A stretch of DNA of 64,000 bases from Planctomycetota bacterium (GCA_044222185.1 JBGANV010000001.1:96001-160000); one strand, 5' to 3'. Counted from the first letter of the stretch, positions 23,388-33,479 are shown. Program-made: numbers and translations. The notes: generated by a model from the letters alone, not told the origin.

Positions 23388-25205
23388 ATGCGCGACATTC
23401 TCCGCGGACTCCTGCTGCCTCTCGCCATCGTCCCGGTGGTCGTCTGGGTGGGTTACGGGCACACGCTGGACGCCTCGTTCGCCGGCGGTCCCGCCGAGAC
23501 TCCGTTGGGGGGCGCGCTCCGCGCGGCAGCGGCATGGGCGTTCCCCATGACCGACCCGCACCTCGCCGGGGGACTTTGCATCGCCGTCCTCTTCGGTTGC
23601 GCCGTCTCGCTCTTCACCAGGCGGTTGACAGGCAACACGTTGTGCAGCGTGACCGCCGGCGCGCTTGCTGTGGGGAATCCCGGCACCGCTGCCGTGCTTC
23701 GCGCGCACCTCGCGCTGGACCAGCTCACCCCGGTTGCGTTGGTCTTCCTGGCGATGGGGCTGCGGCGGATCCCGCACTCCACCCACCTCGGTACGCCCGC
23801 GATCACGCGCCGTGAGGTCGCGTCCCTCGCCTGTACCGGACTGGCCGCGCTCGCGGGTGTGGCAGCGGTATTCGCTGCGGTCGGGATCCTGATCTTCGAC
23901 CTGGCTTACTCGCGATTGGCGCCAAGGCACGTCGTCGTCCGAAGCGGGTCGATCGCCGTCGCACACGCGGTTGCCGGCAGCTTGGGGTTCCTGGTTTCTC
24001 CGCCCGGAGGATCCCTTCTGCCACCGCCACAGGCGTTCGCGGTTCACGTCACATGGCTTCCGGGCAACTGGTTCACGTCGGGCGTCGTGAACTCCGGGCT
24101 GATCGCCGCCTGCGTATTCGGAATCGTCGCTCTCGCGCGTCGCCGATTGCACGCGAGGCACGTCATCGACGCGGCGGCGGCCAGCGCGCTCTGGATGGGT
24201 TCGATGATCGTTCTGGCGATCGTGACCGAGGGCCGCCTCGGGCTCTCGGCGCTGCCGGCAATGTCGGCTGGAGTGTGCTTTGCCGTCGTCACTTTGCTCT
24301 GGCGAATCGCGATGGCCTCGACGCAACCGCAGCGACTCGCCATTCCCGATGAGATGCCGATCCCGAGCGTCCCCGCGCTCCGCGATCCGATCCGAAACGC
24401 GTTCTTTGCCGCACGCAACGACGGAGCGAGGGCGCGCGCGACGCCTCGCGGTCTCGATGTCGCCGGCATCCAGTCCCTCATCGAGGCGGCCGTGAGCGGC
24501 GCGGTGGAATCCACGTTGCAGTCCGTGCGGCTGGCGTTTCGCGCTCCGCATCCGACCGAACCCACCGGTACGGCCGAGGAGGTCCTGTGGAACCGACTGC
24601 TTCGATCGAAGGGTGCGCCACCGCCGGACGAAGTGGCCCGAGTCGATCACCGCGCTTTCTACGAGCAGCATCTTGCGCCCGAGTTCCCGGGCACCCCGCG
24701 CGTCGTCTGCATCGGCCAGACGCCGTGGGAGCTGCTCTCGATCATCGCCGCTGAGCATTCGGGCCTGGTCCTGGTGGAGCGGAGCCGCGCGGGGGCCCAG
24801 CGGGCACACCACGACCTCGCCGGCAAGCGCGTGTCCGTCATCCGGCACGACGGGTGTCGGCTCGCAGCGATCGCGGACGGCAGTGTGGACGCGTTCGTGT
24901 GCATCGAGGAGGCGTCAGTCCGACGGCCCGTCGAGGTCGTTCGTCTCCTGGAGGAGATTCGCCGCACGTTGACGGCGGGTGGCGTCGCCGCCATCGCGTT
25001 CTGGGACCTCGGCCTTCCCGGAGTTGCCGATGCCGTCGTTCGACGCGCACATGCCGTGGACGGCCAGGATGGCTGGCCGCTCCGCCCGACCACGCAAACC
25101 GCGATGGATGCCTTGGCGCGCGCCGTCGGACTCGATCCGATACGCACCGTCCCGGGAGTGCTGCCGAACGTATCGTTGACGTGGATGCGGAGGGGCGCCT
25201 CGTGA
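23388..25205 (+). CDS. Polytopic membrane protein fused to a class I SAM-methyltransferase-like domain
   Basis: About 300 hydrophobic residues, then VCIG, LVERS, DG...IADGSVD, LEEIRRTLTAGG pattern. Confidence 0.6.
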   Translation: MRDILRGLLLPLAIVPVVVWVGYGHTLDASFAGGPAETPLGGALRAAAAWAFPMTDPHLAGGLCIAVLFGCAVSLFTRRLTGNTLCSVTAGALAVGNPGTAAVLRAHLALDQLTPVALVFLAMGLRRIPHSTHLGTPAITRREVASLACTGLAALAGVAAVFAAVGILIFDLAYSRLAPRHVVVRSGSIAVAHAVAGSLGFLVSPPGGSLLPPPQAFAVHVTWLPGNWFTSGVVNSGLIAACVFGIVALARRRLHARHVIDAAAASALWMGSMIVLAIVTEGRLGLSALPAMSAGVCFAVVTLLWRIAMASTQPQRLAIPDEMPIPSVPALRDPIRNAFFAARNDGARARATPRGLDVAGIQSLIEAAVSGAVESTLQSVRLAFRAPHPTEPTGTAEEVLWNRLLRSKGAPPPDEVARVDHRAFYEQHLAPEFPGTPRVVCIGQTPWELLSIIAAEHSGLVLVERSRAGAQRAHHDLAGKRVSVIRHDGCRLAAIADGSVDAFVCIEEASVRRPVEVVRLLEEIRRTLTAGGVAAIAFWDLGLPGVADAVVRRAHAVDGQDGWPLRPTTQTAMDALARAVGLDPIRTVPGVLPNVSLTWMRRGAS

Positions 25206-25435
25206 CCACGACTTCCGATTCGAATGGTGATGGTGACGCACGCGTGGAGCGGGCCCTCGAGGCGGGCTTCGGCGCGCTTGGCGACTGGCTCGACCTGGTC
25301 CGTGCCCATGAGATCCACCGTCGAAGCGAAATGGTGCAGCAGGCCCGACGGCGGCGGGACCACCTCACCCGCGTGGTGATGGCGGTGCTTTCGCTCGCCG
25401 TGATCGCCGCCGCAGTCGCTGCCGTTCGTGGTTGA
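25202..25435 (+). CDS. Small hypothetical protein with C-terminal TM
   Basis: GTGA overlap with upstream stop, SD GGAGG; hydrophobic C-terminus. Confidence 0.55.
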   Translation: MTTTSDSNGDGDARVERALEAGFGALGDWLDLVRAHEIHRRSEMVQQARRRRDHLTRVVMAVLSLAVIAAAVAAVRG

Positions 25436-25441
25436 GTCAAC

Positions 25442-26587
25442 TCACCGAGCGAGGTCGAGGGCGCGCTCGAGGATCGCCAGCCGGTGTTCGTTCAGGGGAA
25501 CGCGGAGGCGGACGTCGTCGTCGAGCCGACCGTCGGTCGTGAACGCGAATTGACGACCGGTCGCCGCGCGCACACGCTGCGCAGCGAGACGTGCAGCGAG
25601 CCCGCCGGTCGGGGCTCGGAACATCATGTTCGGTGCCGTCGGATGCGTCGGCCTCGTGACGAGGCCGCATCGCGCCGCGGCTGCGAGAACTCGCTTCTTC
25701 GCGGTCCCGATCGCATCGATCAGAGGACTGACGATGTCAGGCGCGTCGCGAAGCACGCGCAAGCCGGCCTGGGCCCCGGGCTGCGACGGCGAGTAGGGCG
25801 ATCGGACCTGACGGAAGAGCGGCGCGGTCATTGCCCCCGCCACGACGAAGCCGAAACGAAGGCCGCGGAGGTCGTAGCCCTTCGATAGCGACCGAAGGAT
25901 CACGAGGTTCTCGTGATCGGCCGCATGGCGCACATAGCTGTGGTCGCGGCCGAGGAAGTTGGCGTACGCCTCGTCGATGATCACGATCACGTCGCGACGC
26001 CGCGCCTCCTCGACGACGCCGAGAACCTCCGGTTCCGCCGGCCACCCACCGGTCGAGTTGTACGGGAGGTCCGCGTACACCGCCGAGATGTCTCGGTCCG
26101 TCGCGAGCGCCGCGAGTATCTCCTTCGCCGGGAACCCGCCGACGTCGTCGTTGATCCTTCGGAAAGCACCGCCGGCCGCCGTGAAGTAACCCGCGAACTC
26201 GGGATAGACGGGCCCAGCGCCGAGCAGGGTCCCCTTGCGCAGGATGTAACCGGCGATCTCCTTGAACAGTTCGTAGGTTCCGTCGCCGAAGAACACCGCG
26301 TGCTCCGGGACCCGGCTTCCACCGAACGCGCCGAGTACGGTCCGAGCCAGCGTGGCTTGCCAATGGTGATCGACGACCGGATACGGCATCACGGCGCCGG
26401 GCGACGCCGCCCATTCGGCGAACAGGGGCTTCAGGATGTCAGCAGTCTTCACGAGACCTCGCTCGTCCTCGATGCTGCAGAGGTCGAGGATCGTCCCTGC
26501 CGGATCGGGAATGTTGGCGTGCGCGGCCTCGTCCAGGTAGTTCGGATGCACGTAGAGGCGTGCGGGTCCGGAGAGTGGGTCCGACAT
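25442..26587 (-). CDS. PLP-dependent aminotransferase class I/II (HisC-like)
   Basis: PYNSTG, IIDEAY, RSLSKGYDLRGLRFG. Confidence 0.88.
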   Translation of the reverse strand: MSDPLSGPARLYVHPNYLDEAAHANIPDPAGTILDLCSIEDERGLVKTADILKPLFAEWAASPGAVMPYPVVDHHWQATLARTVLGAFGGSRVPEHAVFFGDGTYELFKEIAGYILRKGTLLGAGPVYPEFAGYFTAAGGAFRRINDDVGGFPAKEILAALATDRDISAVYADLPYNSTGGWPAEPEVLGVVEEARRRDVIVIIDEAYANFLGRDHSYVRHAADHENLVILRSLSKGYDLRGLRFGFVVAGAMTAPLFRQVRSPYSPSQPGAQAGLRVLRDAPDIVSPLIDAIGTAKKRVLAAAARCGLVTRPTHPTAPNMMFRAPTGGLAARLAAQRVRAATGRQFAFTTDGRLDDDVRLRVPLNEHRLAILERALDLAR

Positions 26588-26589
26588 GA

Positions 26590-27837
26590 TCAGGTTCCGG
26601 TTGCGGTTCTTCGCCCGCGACGCTCGTTCACGGCCGTCAGCACGACGAGTCCGATGGTGAAGTACACGGCATTGAACAGCATGGCGGGCCGCGCGTCCAT
26701 GACGCCGCGCAGCAGGTCATAGATCGCCGGTCCGACGACCCCGGCGAGCTTCGTCGACAGCCCCCAGAGCCCGAACCATTCACCGGACCGGCCGCTCGGG
26801 GCGAACAGGGCGACCATGGCGCGGCCCGAGGATTGGCTGCTTCCCATGGCGAGGCCCGCGAACGCGGCCCCGATCTGGAAGGTGGTGACGTCCGGAGCGG
26901 CCGCCACGATCCCGACTGCTACGAGCCAGATCACGACCGACGTGACGAGTCCGGCCTTCGCTCCGATCCGGTCCTGCAGGTGGCCGAACGCGAAGGCGCC
27001 CCCGGCGGCGAGGATTTGCAGCCAGATGAAGAGCCACGCGACGGCGTCCTTCGACATGGAGTACTGGGTCGCGGCGTAAATGCCTGCAAACGCGATCACG
27101 GTGGCAATTCCGGCCTGCTGCAGAAACAACGAAACGAGGAGCCGGAACAGATCGGGGTACCGAGCATGTTCGGACACGGTGGCGAGCGTGCTGCCGAACG
27201 CCGTGCGGACGACGGCCTTCGTCGACGTTGCGGCTGGGACTGCACGCTCCTTCAGTCGCAACATCGTCGGCAATCCCGCGGCGAGGAAGAACCCCGCGAC
27301 GGAGATGGGGATCCACCGCGTCGCGTCATTCGGCATCCGAACGACGATCAAGAGCGATGCAAGGCCTCCGAAGTAGCCGATCGACCAACCGAGCCCGGAC
27401 AACCTTCCGATCTCGGCGGGCGTCGCCAGTTCGGGAAGGAACGCAGCGACGACGTTCTCGCCGATGGAGAAGGCGCAGTTGGCGATCACGAACATGGTCC
27501 ACGCGAATGCGACGTCGCCGCGACCGGCCCACGAGAGTGCGCCCGTGGCACCGACGCAGACGAGCCAGCTGCGCAGGAGGTATCGCTTCTTCCGCGCTCC
27601 GATGTCGGCGAGTGCCCCGAGGACCGGGCTGGTCAACACGACGATCAGCTGCGAGACCCAGATTGCGCGGCTCCAGAGTCGTTCGCCGGCGTCCGGGTCG
27701 GCCGCGATGTGCTTCGCGAAGTAGGTGCCGAAGAACGCGGTCACGATCACCGTCGTGAACGACGAGTTCGCGAAATCGAAGAAGCACCAGCTGAGCTTTT
27801 CGCCGCGGGTCGGCGGCGGAAAGGGTGTCGAGCTCAC
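26590..27837 (-). CDS. MFS transporter, UMF1/ATG22-like
   Basis: SWCFFDFANSSF, SPVLGALAD...KKR, AFLPEL...GRLSGLGW..GY.GG, GEWFGLW; GTG 27837 chosen instead of ORF-track start. Confidence 0.88.
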   Translation of the reverse strand: MSSTPFPPPTRGEKLSWCFFDFANSSFTTVIVTAFFGTYFAKHIAADPDAGERLWSRAIWVSQLIVVLTSPVLGALADIGARKKRYLLRSWLVCVGATGALSWAGRGDVAFAWTMFVIANCAFSIGENVVAAFLPELATPAEIGRLSGLGWSIGYFGGLASLLIVVRMPNDATRWIPISVAGFFLAAGLPTMLRLKERAVPAATSTKAVVRTAFGSTLATVSEHARYPDLFRLLVSLFLQQAGIATVIAFAGIYAATQYSMSKDAVAWLFIWLQILAAGGAFAFGHLQDRIGAKAGLVTSVVIWLVAVGIVAAAPDVTTFQIGAAFAGLAMGSSQSSGRAMVALFAPSGRSGEWFGLWGLSTKLAGVVGPAIYDLLRGVMDARPAMLFNAVYFTIGLVVLTAVNERRGRRTATGT

Positions 27838-28007
27838 GTCTGGCGGACTCCGAGGCACCAGCAGCCGAGCCAGAAGACGGCGAAGCCGCCGAACCCGAGA
27901 ACGATGAACTGGGCCTCGCTCGTGTCGCTCTTGAAAGCGATGACGCAGCCCACGCCCGAGATGGTCAGGCCAGCAATTTGGAGGAATCTGCCGATCCAGA
28001 ATCGCAC
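27834..28007 (-). CDS. 57-aa two-TM small membrane protein (below ORF-track cut-off)
   Basis: MRFWIGRFLQIAGLTISGVGCVIAFKSDTSEAQFIVLGFGGFAVFWLGCWCLGVRQT; GTGA overlap with MFS start. Confidence 0.65.
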   Translation of the reverse strand: MRFWIGRFLQIAGLTISGVGCVIAFKSDTSEAQFIVLGFGGFAVFWLGCWCLGVRQT

Positions 28008-28078
28008 GGGCGCAGGGTAGCACGATCGATTGCCCGTGCTCGTCCGGGGCGACCGTCCTCGGTAGAAAGCTCGAACCG

Positions 28079-28939
28079 ATGAGCTTCAAGCTCCGAATCA
28101 GACCCCCATTCTTCGCCGTCGCCATGTTCTTCCTGCTGCTGGTCCTCATGTCCGAGGACCCGGCCGGTAGGGACGACGTGCTCCTGCGGTCCTTCGTCGG
28201 GGCGCTGTTGCTCGGGCTCGGAACGCTCGTCCACGAACTCGCGCAAGTGATGGTCGCTCAGTCACGCGGCTTTGCGATCGACGAGCTCGTCCTCCACCCG
28301 CTCGGCGCCGCAGCGAAGATCCGCTGGGAGCGCGAACGGCCCGTCGCCAGCGCACTCGTCGCTGCCGCGGGGCCGGCGGCGAACCTCGCGTGCGCGGGAT
28401 TGGTGTGGCTCGTCGCACAGCCGGTGAAGTTCGGCCGGACCTTCGTCGACGTCTGGGTCTGGTGGCCGCTATTCCTCGTGAACGCGCTGCTCGGCGTGGT
28501 GCAGTGCATCCCAGCGTTTCCATTGGACGGAAGCCGCGTCCTGCGGGGCTTGCTCGCGCATCGCGATGGATACGTCCTTGCGACGCGCAAGGCCGTTTCC
28601 GTCAGTCGTGTGCTGGCACTGGCGATCGCCCTGCTCGGTATCGTCGGTCCGATCGTCGGGTGGTCGTGCGCTCTGACCCTCGTGTTCCCGCTCTTCGGGC
28701 TCGGGCTCATGGCGATGGGAGAGGCGGAGCTGCAGCGCGTGTCGGCGGACCAGGCGTCACAGCGTGTGTTCGAGATGTTTCGGATGTTCGAGATGCGTCG
28801 CGGGGGCGCTTCGCCGCCACCTCCGGAGCCGGAGCCATCGCCGTCGTCCCCGGCCCAGGGCCCCGTCATCGACGTGGATGGTTCCTCCCGGGTCGTCGAC
28901 GACACGCCTCCCGCCGAGGGCCCGTCCCTCAAAGCTTGA
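28079..28939 (+). CDS. Site-2 protease (M50) family membrane protein with altered zinc motif
   Basis: LVHELAQ, AAAGPAAN, IPAFPLDGSRVLR. Confidence 0.85.
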   Translation: MSFKLRIRPPFFAVAMFFLLLVLMSEDPAGRDDVLLRSFVGALLLGLGTLVHELAQVMVAQSRGFAIDELVLHPLGAAAKIRWERERPVASALVAAAGPAANLACAGLVWLVAQPVKFGRTFVDVWVWWPLFLVNALLGVVQCIPAFPLDGSRVLRGLLAHRDGYVLATRKAVSVSRVLALAIALLGIVGPIVGWSCALTLVFPLFGLGLMAMGEAELQRVSADQASQRVFEMFRMFEMRRGGASPPPPEPEPSPSSPAQGPVIDVDGSSRVVDDTPPAEGPSLKA

Positions 28940-30728
28940 ACTGGAGACGGTGGAGGCGGGCGTAGAGCCCGTTGCGCTCGATCAATTCGCCGTGCGAGCC
29001 GTCCTCGATCAGTTCGCCGTGGTGCAGGACGAGGATTCGGTCCGCCTTGCGGATCGTCGACAGGCGATGGGCGATGATCAGCGACGTCCGGCCTTCGAGC
29101 AGGCGATCGAGCGCTTTCTGGACGAGGCGTTCGGACTCGGTGTCGATGCTCGCCGTAGCTTCGTCGAGCACCAGAACCGCAGGCTCGTGTGCCAACGTGC
29201 GGGCGAAGGAGACGAGTTGTTTCTCACCGGTCGACAGCGTGGCTCCGCGTTCCATCACCGGAGCATCCAGGCCGCCCAGGCGACGGATGACGCCTCCGGC
29301 CTGAACCGCGTCCGACGCCGCCAACAGCCGTTCGTCCGGGATGGTCGTGTCGCCGATGCTGAGGTTCTCGCGAAGCGTCCCCGCGAAGAGGAACACATCC
29401 TGGAGCACGACGCCGATTCGGCGGCGCAGGCTCGATGGGTCGAGCGTGCGGATGTCGACCCCGTCCAGGAGGATCCGACCCTCGTCGGGATCGTAGAAGC
29501 GCATCAGGAGGTTCACGATCGTCGACTTGCCAGAGCCGGTCGGGCCCACGAGAGCGATGCGCTGCCCTGGGAGTGCTTCGAAGCTGACCTTCTTCAGCAC
29601 CTTCTTGCGGCCGTCGTAGGTGAAGCTCACGTCCTCGAAGCGGATGTGGCCGCGGGACGTGTCGATCTTCGGAGCGTCGGTGCGAACGTCGAGTGTCTCC
29701 GGATCGTCGAGCACTCGGAAAATGCGCTCCGCTGCAGCCATCGCGGCCTGGAGGACGTTGAACTTGTCTGCAAGCTGGCGAAGCGGCTCGATGAACTGGC
29801 TGAAGAGCATCCAGAACAGGACCAGGTCACCACGCTGGATCCGGCCGCCCAACAGGAGCTCGTTGGCCGAGAGGACGATGGCCATCTGCCCGAGCACGGA
29901 GAGGATCTCCATTCCGGGGTAGAAGAGACTGTAGTTCCCCACGGTCTCGACGTGGGCCTCGCGGAGGTCGTCGTTCGATTCGATGAACGCCGCCTTCATC
30001 TTCGTTTCGCGACGGAACGCCTGGATGACGCGAATGCCCGTGATGGACTCGTTCAGGAAGGTGTTGAGTGCCGTGATCTTCTCTCGGACCAGCCTGAAAA
30101 GGCGACGTGCCTGGCGCTGGAACCAGAACGACCAGGCCGCGATGAACGGCACGACCGCGAGCGTCACGAGCGCCATGTGCCAGTCGACCCAGAACATGAT
30201 CGCGACGATGATCAGGATCTTCGCGAGGTCGTAGAAGACCATGTCGATGCCCGACGTGAACAGCTCGTTCAGGCTCTCCACGTCGTTCGTCGTGCGCGTC
30301 ACGAGCTTTCCGACCGGGTTGCGGTCGAAGAACCGGAGGCTTCGCGTCGTGATGTGACGGAACAGCGCGATGCGAAGGTCGTGGATGACTCGTTGTCCGG
30401 TTTGGTTGATCACACGCAGCTGGAGGAACCGGCAAAGGAACAGAATCGCGCCGATGGCACCCAAGGCGAGGGCGCCGCGGACGACCCCCGCCCGGGCATC
30501 CTCGGTACTCAGGACGGGCCCCATCGGCGCGGCCGCGCTGCGCGCGGGAAGATAGGTGTCGATCGTGTGGCGGATCACGAGCGGGATCGCCAGGCTCAAC
30601 GCCGACAGGAGCAGGAGAAGCAGGACGGACGCGAAGAACGCACGGCGATAGGGAACCGCGAACCGGAGCACGCGGCGCAGGAGCGGACGGCTGAACGCCT
30701 TGCCGGAAGCCTCGTCGCCGCTGGCCAT
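28929..30728 (-). CDS. ABC exporter half-transporter (MdlB-like)
   Basis: TMD plus GPTGSGKS, LSTGE, VLDEAT, IAHRL. Confidence 0.93.
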   Translation of the reverse strand: MASGDEASGKAFSRPLLRRVLRFAVPYRRAFFASVLLLLLLSALSLAIPLVIRHTIDTYLPARSAAAPMGPVLSTEDARAGVVRGALALGAIGAILFLCRFLQLRVINQTGQRVIHDLRIALFRHITTRSLRFFDRNPVGKLVTRTTNDVESLNELFTSGIDMVFYDLAKILIIVAIMFWVDWHMALVTLAVVPFIAAWSFWFQRQARRLFRLVREKITALNTFLNESITGIRVIQAFRRETKMKAAFIESNDDLREAHVETVGNYSLFYPGMEILSVLGQMAIVLSANELLLGGRIQRGDLVLFWMLFSQFIEPLRQLADKFNVLQAAMAAAERIFRVLDDPETLDVRTDAPKIDTSRGHIRFEDVSFTYDGRKKVLKKVSFEALPGQRIALVGPTGSGKSTIVNLLMRFYDPDEGRILLDGVDIRTLDPSSLRRRIGVVLQDVFLFAGTLRENLSIGDTTIPDERLLAASDAVQAGGVIRRLGGLDAPVMERGATLSTGEKQLVSFARTLAHEPAVLVLDEATASIDTESERLVQKALDRLLEGRTSLIIAHRLSTIRKADRILVLHHGELIEDGSHGELIERNGLYARLHRLQFKL

Positions 30729-32476
30729 CAGTCGGCTCCCATTTCTGCTTCGAGTTCCTGCAGGCGTGCAAGCTCGGCGTACAACCCGCTGCCTTGCAGC
30801 AGTTCGTCGTGAGTGCCCTTCTCGACGATTCGTCCTTCGTCGAGAACGATCACCTGATCCATCTGCGCCATGGCGGCCAGGCGATGTGAGATCACGATCG
30901 TCGTTCGGGCCTTCATGACGTCACGGAGCGAGCCCAGGATGCGAGCCTCCGTTTCCGTGTCGACGGCCGAGAGACAGTCGTCGAGGATGAGGATCGGTGC
31001 GTCGATGGCGAGCGCCCGTGCGATGGCCGTCCGCTGACGTTGCCCGCCGGACAACGTGACGCCGCGCTCGCCCACGAGGGTCTTCAGCCCGTCGGGGAAC
31101 GTCGCGATGGCCTCGTCGAGCGCCGATTGATGGACGCACCTGGCGATCGCGACGGGATCGGGATCGTCGACGCCGAACGTCACGTTTTCTTCGATCGTCT
31201 GCGAGAACAGGAAGGTCTCCTGGGGAACGATGGCGATCGCGGCTCGGAGCGCCGACAGGTCCCAGCGCCGGACATCCACGCCGTCCACGAGGACGGTCTC
31301 GGGCTGTGGGTCCAGGAGTCGTGGGATCAGGTTCGCGATCGTCGTCTTGCCACTTCCGGTGCGGCCGACGATCCCCAACGAAGTACCCGCCGGAATGACG
31401 ATGGACACGTCGCGGATCACGGGTTCCGACGCCGTGGCGTGGCGGAACGTCAAGTTCCGCAACTCGACGTCGCCGCGGGCGCGAGCGATCGTCACGGGCG
31501 TTCCGACGGGCACGATCTCAGGCTTCTCGCCGCGTAGCGTTTCCAGCCGACTCTCGGAGGCCTGCGCGCGCTGCCAGAGGCTCATCACCCAGCCGACCGC
31601 GATCATGGGCCAGACGAGCATCTGCAGGTAGGCGATGAACGAGAGGAACGCGCCGAGGGTCATCGATCCGTCGATCACCTGCCAGCCGCCGATCAACAGG
31701 ACGACCGTGAGGATTGCGCCGCCTCCCATCTCGATGGCGCAACTCAGCAGCGCGCGGACCTTCGCGAGGCGAACGTTCAGTGCGGCGTACTTGTCGGAGG
31801 TCCCGCGGAACCGCTCCTCCTCGTCGCGCTCCCGACCGAAGGCCTTGATCACGCGTGCGCCAGAGAAGCTCTCTTGTACACGAGTCGAGATCTCTCCCTG
31901 CTCCTCCTGCACGCGGAGCGACAGGTCGTGAAGGTCCCTCAGGAGCTTCTTCAGCCCGAGGAACATTGCGGCGATGGGGATGATCGCGGCTCCCGTCAGT
32001 TTGAGCGAGAGCGCTGCCATGAACGCCAGCGAGCCCACGGTCCGGAGCGCCGTATCGAAGAGGTACATGAACCCCGGACCGACGCCCATGCGGACGGATT
32101 CGATGTCGCTGGTGAGACGCGACATGAGGTCGCCGGTGCGGCTGCGGTTGTAGAACGGCCAGGACAGAGTCAGCAGGTGCTCGTAGATCGAGAGCCGCAT
32201 CCGCTGCTCGACGTCGCGGCTTGCAGTGATCAAGAGCCAGCGCATCCCGTACTGACAGACGGCCGTCACCAGGGACACACCGATCAGCAGCCCGACCCAC
32301 CGCAGGACCGCACCCCATCCCGCGCCGTCGCACACCGCGTCGGCGGCGCGCCCGAGCAGCCACGGGACGGCGACGCCGAAAGCGCTGCGTCCGAGAAGGA
32401 ATGCCGTACCGCCGGCCACGCGCCCAGGCTGGCTCTTGATGGTCGCGAGGAAGTCCGGATCGCGGAAGAAATTCAC
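30728..32476 (-). CDS. ABC exporter half-transporter (MdlA-like, degenerate Walker B)
   Basis: TMD plus GRTGSGKT, LSGGQ, ILDDCL, SHRL; 1-nt overlap with partner. Confidence 0.93.
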   Translation of the reverse strand: MNFFRDPDFLATIKSQPGRVAGGTAFLLGRSAFGVAVPWLLGRAADAVCDGAGWGAVLRWVGLLIGVSLVTAVCQYGMRWLLITASRDVEQRMRLSIYEHLLTLSWPFYNRSRTGDLMSRLTSDIESVRMGVGPGFMYLFDTALRTVGSLAFMAALSLKLTGAAIIPIAAMFLGLKKLLRDLHDLSLRVQEEQGEISTRVQESFSGARVIKAFGRERDEEERFRGTSDKYAALNVRLAKVRALLSCAIEMGGGAILTVVLLIGGWQVIDGSMTLGAFLSFIAYLQMLVWPMIAVGWVMSLWQRAQASESRLETLRGEKPEIVPVGTPVTIARARGDVELRNLTFRHATASEPVIRDVSIVIPAGTSLGIVGRTGSGKTTIANLIPRLLDPQPETVLVDGVDVRRWDLSALRAAIAIVPQETFLFSQTIEENVTFGVDDPDPVAIARCVHQSALDEAIATFPDGLKTLVGERGVTLSGGQRQRTAIARALAIDAPILILDDCLSAVDTETEARILGSLRDVMKARTTIVISHRLAAMAQMDQVIVLDEGRIVEKGTHDELLQGSGLYAELARLQELEAEMGAD

Positions 32477-32661
32477 TGGGTGAGACCGGGCGGCTGCGAG
32501 CAGCTCACCGGTGCATTGAGCGCGGTGATTGATCGTCCAGAGCGCCGCTTAAGTTGGTCCTCATTCGGCGACGGATGATGGACGTCCAGTCGTGGGCATT
32601 CAAGGCGGCCCAGTCGCGGAACCGAATCAATCAGCAGGGACTCTTTGCGTCGGGAGGTTTC

Positions 32662-33450
32662 ATGCGTCCGCATCTGCTGATCCTTGTGGCTTCAATCGGG
32701 CTCGGCTCGGGGCTTCTCGCCCAGGGATCCGAGCCGCGCGATGAACGCGTTCAGGTCGTACTCAAGAACGGCCACACGATGGTCGGCGTTGCCAAGAGCG
32801 GCTTGCGCTGCGAGCGGCAGGTCCACGGTCGATTCATGGCGTGCAACGACAACGACGACCGCGCCGCCGGCATTCGCCTGTGGTACTACCAGAACCTCGA
32901 CGGCTACATCTTCCTGGATCGGAAGGCTCTCGATCACGTCGACGTCCTCGGGCTGCTCACCCCTGACGAGTCGCGCGAGCTGGCGGCGGCGATGTCCGCA
33001 GCGAACGCGGGGAGCGGCGGTGCTCGGGCCGCGTCCAGACCTTCGAGCCGACCCTCGCCGCAACCCGATCGTCCGAGCACCACCGATGGCGCTACGTACT
33101 CGGACGAGGAGCGCGCCCTGCTCATCCAGTTTCCTCCGGAGAAGGGGTGGGGGCCGGAGAAATTCGGCGAGCTCCAGCGCCGGAAGATCGTGATGCACGT
33201 GAATCCCTCCGTCGAGGAGCAGGCGTTCGTGGACGCCTTCCCCCGGTATCAGGTCGCGTGGAGGAAGTGGGCGGAGGAACAGGGCCGCAAGAGCGAAGCC
33301 GCGGGCGGCGACGATGCCCACCCCGCGGTGAAGGCCGGAGCTCCACCGCCGCAGAAGGGCGCGGAGGCGCCTGAGGAGAAACCCGCGGACGACGACGCGA
33401 CGAACGTCGAGAAGTCGGCGAAGCGCGGGTCATCCAAGTCGAAACAGTGA
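32662..33450 (+). CDS. Secreted hypothetical protein
   Basis: SD GGAGG before ATG 32662; signal peptide MRPHLLILVASIGLGSGLLAQ; VVLKNG motif; low-complexity linkers. Confidence 0.75.
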   Translation: MRPHLLILVASIGLGSGLLAQGSEPRDERVQVVLKNGHTMVGVAKSGLRCERQVHGRFMACNDNDDRAAGIRLWYYQNLDGYIFLDRKALDHVDVLGLLTPDESRELAAAMSAANAGSGGARAASRPSSRPSPQPDRPSTTDGATYSDEERALLIQFPPEKGWGPEKFGELQRRKIVMHVNPSVEEQAFVDAFPRYQVAWRKWAEEQGRKSEAAGGDDAHPAVKAGAPPPQKGAEAPEEKPADDDATNVEKSAKRGSSKSKQ

Positions 33451-33479
33451 TCTCGCGCGGCTGCAAGGCCGTGGGGCGA

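Noticed and set aside
23283-24848. N-terminal 522 aa of the 1086-aa ORF 21588..24848
   Set aside because: Antisense shadow of the plus-strand membrane gene; a signal peptide begins at ATG 23282
28764-30812. 682-aa plus-strand ORF, and similar long antisense ORFs at 49674-51464 and 56003-58009
   Set aside because: Mirror frames of well-supported genes in high-GC DNA, with no motifs
30728-32476. Degenerate Walker B (LDD) as a sign of a broken ABC transporter
   Set aside because: Normal asymmetry of heterodimeric MdlAB/TmrAB-type exporters
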